Positions 53,151-64,000 of a DNA stretch of 64,000 nt are shown here, in pieces; the first letter of the stretch is position 1; each line of letters begins with the position of its first letter. A program made the translations under genes and the position numbers. Origin of the DNA: Octopus vulgaris (lineage: Eukaryota); NCBI GenBank assembly GCA_951406725.2, contig OX597815.1, positions 65,224,001-65,288,000 on the forward strand. Reading direction: 5' to 3'. A model generated the notes under the pieces. It did not search any database. It saw only the letters and a program-made list of their open reading frames with translations, and had not been told where the DNA came from.

Positions 53151-54132
53151 ACACATACATATATGTATTTATGTGTCTATCTATCTATTTATCTCTCTCT
53201 CTCTCTCTGTATATGTATATATATATATATATATATACATACCTTTTACCTTTTACTTGTTTCAATCATTAGAGTGCAGCTAGGCTAGGGCACTGCTTTG
53301 AATGTTTGGTTGAATGAACTGACCAAGTACTAATGTTTTTTAAGCCTGGTACTTATTCTATTGGTCTTTTTTGCCAAACTGCTAAGTTACAAGAATGTGA
53401 ACACAACAAACACCAGTTGATAAGCAGTGGTGGTGGGATAAACAAGACACAGACACACATACACACACACACTCACACACACACACTTACACACACACAC
53501 ACACATTTACAATTTCCATCTCCCAAATTCACTCACTCCCAATGCATTGGTCAGCTTAGGGCTACAGTAAAAACACTTGCCTAAGGTGCCACTCAGTGGG
53601 ATGGAACCCAAAACCATGTGATTGCAAACCCAGCTTCTTAACTTCACAGCCATTTTGTATCTACTAAGCTATTTCTTAATGACATTTTTATCTATATGCT
53701 AAGCATAAATACATTAGTATTTGTGAATATTTGTCATATTATCTAACGGAAGATCTGCATTGCTCCAAATATAGTAATGTTGTACTCCTTTTCAGAGAAA
53801 ATGGATGGTGTACTGTATTAGGTTAGGCTTGGCTTTGTAATTAGGAAGTTCAGTTCACAACCCTATGGTTCCGTGTTTGTTCTCACTCTTACTGATTGGC
53901 ACATTATGCAAGTGTCTTTTTTCCTTCACATACCCTTAGCTATCTGTTAAGTTTCGTATACAGAAACTGAGCGTGTGTGCACGCCCCCCCCCCCACACAC
54001 ACACATTTATACCACATCATAGCTATCATTTGCAAGCAAGTATGACTTGTTAGTAGTCCCAAGCTTTTCCTGTATATATACTGCAACTGTCTCTTTTGCT
54101 GTCTCTGTCTCTCCCAGTCTCTCTCACTTACA

Positions 54133-54210
<78 letters not shown>

Positions 54211-54211
<1 letters not shown>

Positions 54212-55393
54212 CTAGAATGAAAAATGCAAGAGCAGAAAGTATTCTTAAGTATTGATCCTGGAAAAGTACAGGACAAGAAGAAAAAAAATTTAAATATTGC
54301 TGCTGAAGTTAGAATTTGCTAAATAAATTTCTGATTGCTAAATAGATTTTTCAAATCATTCATCAAATAGTGTGTGCAATTTATGTTTTTTCTTTTTTTC
54401 TTTTTTCTTTTTATTGTACATTTTTAAAATTCAAGTTAATATTTTTGATTTAAAAATTTCTTTGTATTAAGCTAATACATTTCAGTCTTATTTTTACTGT
54501 TACATGATTTTTAAAATTTTCTATTTTCACAAAACTCATAATCCCAAAATTTTAAATCGTGGATATTGTATTAAAATTAAATTCGTATAGAATATATGTA
54601 ATTCAAAAATAAGAGTAAAAAATATGTAAAAAAATTATTTAAAAAAAAAACAAAAGAATTAATTTCTTCAAAGTTTGCATTATCAGATAACAAAGTATTT
54701 TCTATTTGTAGTCAGAAGAATGTTTTTTTAAAAAAGAAAGTTAATGAACAAATTGAATGCAAAATGTAGAAATGACCCTCTAGCTTTTTTCAAAAACTTA
54801 GGGTTTATAATGCATTCTCACTTTTGCTTAAACTGCTATCATGTGATTTTTTTTAAATATCTAAAGCACTAAGTTTGTAATATTAAAATTTAAATGTGTA
54901 AACTTGTAAGCAATTAGACTTTTCACAAACATTGAAAATAAATAGCTCCTTGAGTATTTTAATCTAAAGTTTTATGTAAAAATAAAAATAAATTAAAAGA
55001 GCATTTATTACAATTTAAAATTTTTAAATTCTAACTTCAGCAGCAATATTTTGAAATTTTTTTAAAGGTGGCAAGCTGGCAGAATCATTAGCATGCTGGG
55101 TGAAATGCTTAACGGTATTTCATCTGCTGTTTCATTCTGAGTTCAAATTCTGCTGAGGTCAAACTTTGTTTTTCATCCTTTCGGGGTCGATTAAATAAGT
55201 ATCCGCTATGCATTGGGGTCGATGTAATCAACTTAATCCCTTTGTCTGTCCCTGTTTGTCCCTTCTGTGTTTAGCCCCCTGTGGGCAATAAAGAAATAAA
55301 TATTTTAAGATTTTTTCCTTCCTATTCTGTACTTTTCCAGGTTCAATACTTAAAAATATTCAAGCACTCTGCCCCCACACTTCTCATTCTAGT
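54211..55393. mobile_element. AT-rich element with ~105-bp imperfect inverted termini; the right arm is interrupted by a SINE B
   Basis: ACTAGAATGA...CCTGGAAAAGTACAG...ATATTGCTGCTGAAGTTAGAATTT (54211-54317) versus AAATTCTAACTTCAGCAGCAATAT [SINE] ...CTGTACTTTTCCAGG...TCATTCTAGT (55026-55393). Confidence 0.7.
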
Positions 55394-55859
55394 CTACATT
55401 TTTTTCCAGGTAACACTTCTATTATTTTAATTAATTATATTTACCTTTATACTTTTTATTCTAGTAATACTAAAAATAAGGCAGAAATGTTTTTAGCTTA
55501 ATACAAAGAACTTTTAAAATCAAAAATATTAACTTAAATTTTTAAAAATTTGCAATAAAAAGCAAAAAATAAAAATTATTAAAAACAGAAAAGTGCACAC
55601 ACCATTTGATGAACAACTTCAGAAATTTATTTTGATCCAAATTTTCCTGAGCACCTTCAGCTTCATTTTTCTCAATTTTTGTTGAGTAGCTAGTCATGTA
55701 TCTGGTCAATATCATACTGACAGTCAACATTTGCCTGCCATATCAAACATAAAGGATTGTAATCATTGATAAATTTTTCAGATGATTTTCTTTGAAGTTG
55801 ATAAAGCTTTTTAACACTTTTTTCATTTCTTCTTAATTTAACACTTTCAGCAACAGTAA

Positions 55860-56290
55860 AGGAGATGAATCTTCCTTCAGCCTTAGGAAAGCCAAATAGA
55901 CATTATTTTACCACATTCTTAGCATTTTCTACAAATTCTCTAGGTTTTGCTGCATGAATGCATTTGAAAACTACTGACCAAATTGTAAAGATTGGGGTTA
56001 GATGCTGAACACAGCAATCTGGAAGTAATGTATTGTTCAATAAATTTAAAGTTTTTTTCAGGAGAATCGTTTTTAAAAATAGGTGCTTGATCCACCCAAA
56101 TTTTCATATGAATATAAGGAGCCTCTCTTTGTTGAGACTCTATTCTCCAAATATAATGCATGATGTTGTTTGCCACAAATCCGATTGTTTTTTTGTTGTT
56201 TTTTTTGCCAAAACTACTTTATTCATTATAGCTTGCAATTGGTGATTAAAATGTTCATTAACAGCAATAACATCATTTATACACAAAGAG
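55860..56290 (-). pseudogene. Helentron/Helitron2-type Rep (HUH) fragment
   Basis: WRIESQQREAPYIHMKIWVDQAP...FIEQYITSRL...NLYNLVSSFQMHSCSKT, followed by CLFGFPK. This matches the R.EFQ.RG.PH.H...W...AP...FI..YIT...Q.H.H..TC...C.FGFP pattern. Confidence 0.75.
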
Positions 56291-56334
56291 CTTGTTTTAA
56301 CAGTTTGAATATATATATATATATATATAATGTA

Positions 56335-56407
<73 letters not shown>

Positions 56408-57087
56408 ATAAACTTTGAAGTGCTGACTGGATTGGTATTTTAGAGAAAAGGAAGGAAATCCCAAACACAGAATCGTTCTGAAAACAACTAAGGAGATCAG
56501 GTAAATACCCTTGGAAAATGGGGGAAAAAAATGGCTAGCAAGAGAATCAAAATTTGTATCTCTCAAATTCCAATGAAGCACTCTGTGTCATTAAATTAAG
56601 TGATTCTTGACATCAAAGACTGTCTTTCATCAAGTTAGATATCTTAAAAATGACAAAAATATTTGGATTTTTTAAAATGATCACTTTTTTTTTCGTCACT
56701 TATAGTCACACTCCCTTTTTGTAGCTAATATGATGAGGTTTTCACCATCAGATTCATCTGATAGAGCTCTTTCATTTGAACACAACTATTGTAGTTCTCT
56801 TTTGTAAAAGCTGAGATATTTTGATTCAAAGTCAATTTTGAAGCTTACTTACCATCTTTTACATCACTTAAAGCCACACTATTTTTTTTAACTATTATTT
56901 TTTAACAAGGTTTACACCAAAAGATTCTTCTCAATGAATACATGCTTATAAACCTAATCAATCTGTACTTTTCTTCTAAAATAACCAAGATATTTTCATT
57001 CAAAGTAAATTTTTGGCCTTACTCTGCCAATTTTTGACCTCACATAGTTTGACCTAACTTTTTTCTCAATGAGCCACATTTCAATTA

Positions 57088-57165
57088 CTCTATCTCCAAA
57101 TGTAGTTGAAGACAGGATCATCATTGCTCTATCTCCAAATGTAGTTGAAGACAGGATCATCATTG
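57088..57165. repeat. Exact 39-bp tandem duplication
   Basis: CTCTATCTCCAAATGTAGTTGAAGACAGGATCATCATTG occurs twice. Confidence 0.9.
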
Positions 57166-58485
57166 CTAAAAGAACCACATTCAATTTAGTTAAGAACTGA
57201 ATTAGTGATGAAGCCTAGAATTGCTCATGGGCGACTAAAGTTAAATTTAATATAAATATATATATAATAATACATATGCTGTAAAGTGGTTGGCATTAGG
57301 AAGGGCATCCAGCCACTAAAAACATGCCACATTTGACAATGGAGCTCAATGCAGTGTTGTGGCTTGCTGGATCTAGTCAAACTTTTCAACACATACCAGC
57401 ATGGAAAGACTGACATAAAACGATGATGATCATGACAATGATCATAATTATAATATTGCATAAAGACATGCTAATTGCTAAATGGACGATGGAACTCATG
57501 GAAGACAAAGACCTTGGTAGACATTGGATGAGGTGGTGAAGAATGAGCTCAAGGTGCTGAGCCTCATGGAAATGGCAAAGAACTAAGACGATGGGCAAGT
57601 TTTTGTGCTTAAGAAAACCCATCAACCCAAGGACAAATAAGTCCTTAAAACCATATCACTTATGTTTATGCCCTTGTGCCCAATCCTCTACTTTTCCCTC
57701 TGACAAAGATTTATGACTGACCTTACCTCCACCCCTGTTCTCCCATCACTGCATCTCCTATCCACAATCCCTTGAAGTTACTTCTACACCCTTACTACTT
57801 CTCATTCATTTACCTATCTGCAACTTGAGGGCACATCATGACACATCTTCACCAACATCCTCCGAACCCTAACCCTACCCAACAGCAAAACACCTCTTCC
57901 TGTTCCATCTTGATACTTTAACATCCAATCACTTCATATAAAGCCACCTTCCTCACTACCACTCACCACCACTTCAGCAGAGGTGGGGATCTTCTCTTGC
58001 AAGTTACTTGGTAACCTCACTGGTGTTGGTGCCATGTAAAATTTACCCAGTACACTCTATAAAATGGATGGTGCTTGGAATGCCAAGTCATAGAAACCAT
58101 GCCAAAGCAGACATTGGACCTTGATGCACTCTTCTGGCTGGCCAGCCTCTGTTGAACTGTCCAACCCATGCCAGCATGAAGCATGGATGTTTAATGATGA
58201 TGATGATGATGATGATGATGATGCATACATGCATACATATATATATGTATACCAAATTAACTCACAAGACTGTGGTTGGACAACCAATGTCTTGTGAGTG
58301 GATTTGGTAGACAGAAACTGAAAGAAGCCCATCAAGTATATATATCAAATATATATATATATATCAATATATATATATATATATATATATATACAAACAC
58401 ACACATATATTATGGCTGCCCCCTCGTTATTGAGTATGGCCATTGCACGAAGTTTTATACATACATACATACATACATACATACA

Positions 58486-58521
<36 letters not shown>

Positions 58522-58530
58522 TATATATAA

Positions 58531-59625
58531 TAATATTAATTATTATTATTTGAGGGAATATTAATCCTAACATACAGGGAAAAATTCAATTTAGAAATAC
58601 TAAATCAAATTTCACACAATATTATATATATATATAGAAATGAGAAAAAACCACCTTTTATCAATTCAAAATGAACAATTAAATTACACCATCTAGAAAA
58701 TTACATATAATAGAAATATTAAAATTAAAATAACAATAATATACCGATGATTAAGTAAATTGCCAAAAAATAATAAAACGTATATAATTGGTAGAATAAC
58801 GACACGTGTTTTGTGGCTATATTTAATAAATGATTATAGTAAAACAATTAATAGTAGTAGTAAAATCACTTTGATATAAATATAGCCACTCATCAGGTTA
58901 AAAATATACTAGAATAATAAAATAATTAATTAATAAATATAATTTAAAGAAAACTAAAAACAATATTTAAATTATTCAATACTTTAAAATTAATTGATAT
59001 ACACAATGTTAGTACAAGTCATTAATATTGTAATCAAAATAAGAAATGGTTCAAATATAGACAAATTCATTAAATAAGCTAACTATATAATTAATATATG
59101 TGTAGTATCTATAGATTTAATATATCACTCTATAATATAGTTGACTAAATATCAATTAATATAATACGTAATTATCTTAAATTTAATACTACTTAATAAA
59201 TATACCACCTAACAATTAAATAATACATTGTCTAACAAAATTAATTCTCAAATTAAATTAAATGTAATATGTTAGATCCCTTTATAAAAAAAATCTAGAT
59301 AAATAGATATAAGAATTAATATCTATCGTAACTTATACCTAACAATATATATAAAGATGATATAATAGTGAGAATTATTTGCAAATGGAAAGTAAGAAAC
59401 ATTTAAGCCCCATAAATTAAAGAAAGGTGCAAAAATATTAGAACAAATGAACAATACACTATGAAGATTTTCAATCACAACCACCAGTCCACTACAAATC
59501 CAGTCAATAACAATAATAATAATAACAATGATCAAACTCAAAATAATACAAGATCCAAATAATATTGATAAACAAACTATGTTACGAAGTTCAACGATTA
59601 AATTAATCTATCTGGATTAATATAC
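58531..59625 (-). mobile_element. ~1.1-kb very AT-rich non-coding hammerhead-bearing element adjacent to (TACA)n/(TA)n
   Basis: Shares its end motif with 36701-36930 and contains the hammerhead at 58797-58900. The distal boundary is uncertain. Confidence 0.5.
58797..58900 (-). ncRNA. Type-I hammerhead motif with greatly extended stem II; the core G of GAAA is mutated
   Basis: taac-CTGATGA-GTGGCTATATTTA(~50 nt)TAAATATAGCCAC-aAAAC(acgt)GTC-gtta. 13-bp perfect stem II base, palindromic stem III acacgtgt, GUC triplet. Confidence 0.75.
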
Positions 59626-60307
59626 CCATATATATATGCATATGGGGGTGAGTATCTTTATGTCTGTATTTGTCTCTCACCACCACTTGATAACCAGTGT
59701 TGGTGCGTTTACATCCCTGTAGCTTAGCAGTTTGTAAAAGAGACCAATAGAAGAAGAACCAGGCTTTAAAAAAGTAAGTACTGGGGTTGATTCATTCAAC
59801 TAAAAATTCTTCAAGGTGGTGCCCCAGCATGGCTGCAGTGTAATGACTGAAACCAGTAAAAGATAAAAGATATATTTAAGTAATAATTTATAATAATAAT
59901 ATAAATAATAATTTTAATTAAGAAAGAAGTCAAATTGATGTTACAATTGTTTCTATAAATGAACTATATTTTTATTTCATATCTCATACAATGTTATGCA
60001 ATTCATACAATATCATTTAGTACATGGAAATATGTGAAAATAATCCTATTGTACATTCACTTCCTCAGATGTCATGATTTGAAGGCACAATCAACCAAAT
60101 AAGTGTTTTAGGATAAGTTCATTTGGGTGTGTTGCAACATGTAAATAGACTGAAAACTGAAAGCTTTCGCTTGATATTTCCTGTAGGTTTTAAGACAATC
60201 TTAATAAAGAGTTATAGGAGTAGATCAAAATAAAAAGTAGCACAAGGAGGAGGAGCAGCAGCAGCAGCAGTAGCAGAAAAAGAAAGATGAAGAAAAAAGG
60301 AGGAGGC

Positions 60308-60338
<31 letters not shown>

Positions 60339-60851
60339 AAGAAGAATAGAAGGAGAAAATGTGGAGGGATAGAAGTGGGAGGGGGGAAGAAGATTCCCAG
60401 GACTACAGCACAAGGACAAGGAGGGAGAGTAGAAAGAGGAGGAGGATATAACATCCATTTTCCATGCTGGTTGTTTGTCAGAAATGTGTTCCCTACAAGT
60501 GAAAACAACACAGGTAACAAGAGTCAACAGAGTTTAACCTTTATCAGCTTGGCCAATTGCAGCTCCTCCTTCCAAAATATTTGCCAATTGTAATGCCCTG
60601 TATGTGACTTTCAGCAGAGATAAAGTCTGCTGTAAATGATTTATATTTGACCTTTAGTTCATATGGAATGTTTCTGAGAGATCAAAAAAAATCAATCCTG
60701 AGAAAAATATTTTCAGCTGTTTTGGACAGAGGTCAAGAACAGTTTAGCTCACTGTTGAATTATTGTGAGAAGAAGACAATGGTAAGACATCAGTAACAGC
60801 ACTCTCTATTAAAAAGAAAATGTATATTGCCAGAAGGATGCATGCACACAC

Positions 60852-60906
<55 letters not shown>

Positions 60907-61402
60907 TGCACACACTCACACACATACATGTACACACACATATACACACAGATACATGTATACATATGTATGTGTGTGCATGTACATGCATATATATATA
61001 TATTGTATATGCTTATGATATATATGTTTGCATATGTTTATATATGTGTGCCCACATGGCCTAGTGGTTAGGGGTTGCATTCATGATCACTAGATTGTGG
61101 TTCCAATTCCTAGATTGGGTGGTGCAAAGTATTCTTGAGCAACATACTTTTTTGTATTGCTCTGTGATCACTTTGACACCTGATGCATGGTACACTGTGC
61201 ACCTATTCAAACAACGTCATCTTGATGGAGGGAGTGAACTGATGTGCAGCACATACATCTGATTCCTATAAACAAATCATTTGTGCTGGTCACTCAGCTA
61301 AAGCTGAACACTCATATGCCATCTTCAATGGGAAAGTCCACCATATATATGAATATATATATATATATATATCAAAATAAGCAACAAGGATATCCAGAGG
61401 TA

Positions 61403-61490
61403 ATGCAGTACGATCATTTCAAGCAACTCCATTTAATTGAACAATGCAATCATTACATCAATTTATATGTAGAGCAATCCTCAGCTGCAT
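61403..61490 (-). ncRNA. Decayed type-I hammerhead motif
   Basis: atgcag-CTGAGGA-(~55 nt, poorly paired)-GAAAt(gatc)GTA-ctgcat. 6-bp stem I and near-palindromic stem III; lies ~30 nt from a (TA)n run. Confidence 0.55.
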
Positions 61491-62256
61491 AAAGACATAG
61501 AATTTAATTAAATTAAAACAGATGGACACATTAATATAATTTTACCTATAATCTCCAAGAAGGTAAGGAGATAGACAAAAAACATGCTGTCTTCACTTCA
61601 GCTTAGAAGCTACTAAAGTATCAGGAAGAAAGACTTGTTACAGATTTTGCTTGTTACTGTTTTATGAGGTCAGTTTTAATTTATACACTAATCAAATCTT
61701 TGTATATCTAAAGCCAAAAGAACAAGGAGTAATGCCTGCTAGGAAGGGGACTGAGGGAGTCAACAGAAAATCACAATGGGTATAGTCATTAAAAACTATC
61801 AAGATTTATTTGAAGCAATATAATGAGATTTGGTAAATGAAATCAAGATGTTAGCTGACAATTAAAGGGGCAAGCCAATAGTAGACCATTGATAATGAAA
61901 CAGGGGAAATCTTATCATGTGGTACAATAATAAAATATTTTAAGCAATATTGTCATATTGTATAAAGTTAAAGTTTAGGATTATTCAGATTATAAAGAAG
62001 AATATTATAACAAAATGATAAAAAATTTTTTTGAATACTTTTGAGGATATATATATGTAACAAAACAGGAAGCTGGAAGATTTATTTGTATTATTTAGTC
62101 ACCTGTTTTATTTGTTGATAAGAATTAAAGAGTTTCACATGTTAGATAGACATGTAAGGAATTTCCTATCAGAAATTCTTCAGTCTGATGTGTACATGTG
62201 CAAACTTGTGTGTGTGCATATGTATGTACATGTCTGTGTATATGTATATATAAATA

Positions 62257-62311
<55 letters not shown>

Positions 62312-63634
62312 ATATGCATGTATGTGTATGTATGTGTTTACTTATGTATGTGTGTGTATAACTCACTCTCTTTCGTTTTCCTGTAATATTTGATTTGCTC
62401 TTTCTTCTTTTGCCTCAATTATCTATACTCTCCTGCTGTGGTGGCTTGTGTGTAAGCACTGTGGAACTGCAGCATCCTTTATTTCCACTTGATATTATCA
62501 ATAACATTCGATATATTGAGTCCTTTTTTTCTTTCATTCTTTCTTTATACTTGTACATTATATAATCCTTAAGCTTAATGTCAGTAGCTATCCCCTAGTT
62601 TATGAAAAAAATGCAAAAATCCTTGCATAGAACTGTACACTCCACATTTATAGTGATGTAGTGTTTGGCTGTTGTGTGCATGCACACATGTTCAAGATAG
62701 GAAGCTACATGCTAGGGAGAGAGAGCACTGTGGTTCATGCAGTGCTGACTTTGGTATACTAATGAAAGGTAGGGTTTCTTTTTGACTCTGTATGTGTTGT
62801 GGTTAAAAACGGGTTTATATTCTTGAATGTGATAAAGTTTAGAATTAGATTATTATCCTGTTGCTGCCAGGATTTGAAAAATAGCACAGATTTCCACACA
62901 CACCTCACCTCTTATTTTGTGATTTAGGGAAAATTTTTGAAAAACAAAGGGGAATTCACAGTGGTGTTCAGTGAACAAATTAAACACACTACCCAGCAGT
63001 GGCTAAAACGTGAACCTATCAAGTTTATGTATTAATTTTCTAATTACTAGGCTTACAAAGAATAAGTCCTGGGGTCGATTTGCTCGACTAAAGGCAGTGC
63101 TCCAACATGGCTGCAGTCACATGACTGAAACAAGTAAAAGCGTTATGTTTGTTTCTTTTATACAATATTAAAACAACACCTAAAAATTTTCTGAAGCAGC
63201 ACCCCCCCCCCACTAATTTTATCTATGAGCTGCCACTGCTCTCCTGATTACTAATTAAATGTAAATGCTTCATCCAAATGTAAAATTTGTACTATTTAAA
63301 TCTTTGAAGAATTTCTAATAGGAAATTCCTTACATGTCTGTAATTCATAGTAGCAAATGAAACATATGTGATGGGGACTAAATAATACCAATAGATTTTC
63401 CAACTTCCTTTTTATTATACAATAACTCTGCTTACAATATTTCCAGAATTATCAGCTCTAATATGTACCTTGCAACTAAAACAACAATGACAGCAACTAC
63501 ATACAGGATTATAATGGTGGAATAAGCATGTGCTTCAATATGAAACGGTTGGGATTTTACCCTACCTACATAATGTGTGTGTGTGTGTTCACGTATGTGT
63601 GTGTGTGTGAATATGTGTGGAGACTAGGTGTAGA

Positions 63635-64000
63635 TGAATGATTTGTGTGGGAAGTATAAGGATGTAGCAAGTAAAATAAGTGTTGACAATGATTTCAGTA
63701 ATGAATTTAGCATTATGTAGGAGTCCATCAAGGTTCAGTCCTCAGTCATCTTGTATTCATCATAAAACTACAGGCTGATACAGAGAAGTTTAAGACTGAC
63801 TGTTCACAGGAACTCCTAAATGCTGGTAACCAAGCCCTAATAGTTAAATTCTAGGGGAATTAGAGAAAAAATTCCAGTTATGGAAGCTAAACCTGGAATT
63901 GAGAGGCCTTCAAGTAAACCTAGCGAAAATAGAGGTTTTTGTAAGTAGAAAAGAAGAGAGGACCCAGGTACCTTCAGGGGTATGGCCTGTCTCAATATGC
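63635..64000 (+). mobile_element. RTE-clade LINE RT fragment, decayed; runs off the window end
   Basis: FSNEFSI..GVHQGSVLSHLVFII...ELLNAGN (the YADD equivalent)...WKLNLELRGLQVNLAK. Confidence 0.75.

Noticed and set aside
60540-60630. Possible minus-strand exon (TLSLLKVTYRALQLANILEGGAAIGQADK)
   Set aside because: The acceptor is plausible but the donor is poor (GTTAAA) and the peptide is not recognised.
10138-62386. Numerous VCVC/HTHT/YIYI/MYVC/poly-I/poly-M/poly-H ORFs
   Set aside because: These are translations of (CA)n, (TA)n, (TACA)n, (AAT)n and (GAT)n microsatellites.
62361-62600. Possible minus-strand exon ending at a GTGAGT donor
   Set aside because: All frames between the candidate acceptor and donor contain stops, and no homology is recognisable.

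Overview
This is repeat-dominated eukaryotic DNA: AT-rich, dense in microsatellites, and with no confidently identifiable host protein-coding gene. The SINE families and (CA/TA/TACA/GAT)n load resemble an octopus or other coleoid cephalopod genome, which is an inference from recalled repeat consensus and not a database search. Recognisable content is almost all transposon-derived. It includes a decayed Helitron RepHel (1-3380), a Penelope-like element with RT and GIY-YIG domains (3382-6068), a complete non-autonomous Helitron (23063-24886) and a Helentron-type Rep relic. There are also Tigger/pogo, mariner, maT-like and Merlin transposase relics, RTE, CR1, R4/Dong and Tx1/L1 LINE fragments, MITEs and at least four SINE families. 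Two patterns stand out. (1) Five minimal type-I hammerhead ribozyme motifs occur, all on the minus strand, one in the Penelope tail and four in non-coding elements docked at (TA)n/(TG)n microsatellites. (2) Local fold-back inverted duplications recur (28186-28379, 37199-37508, 50481-50556), alongside a young 1.9-kb foldback element with ~630-bp modular arms (17029-18953). Most ORFs in the supplied track are microsatellite or antisense artefacts. Coordinates were read by eye, and the ends of decayed elements are approximate.
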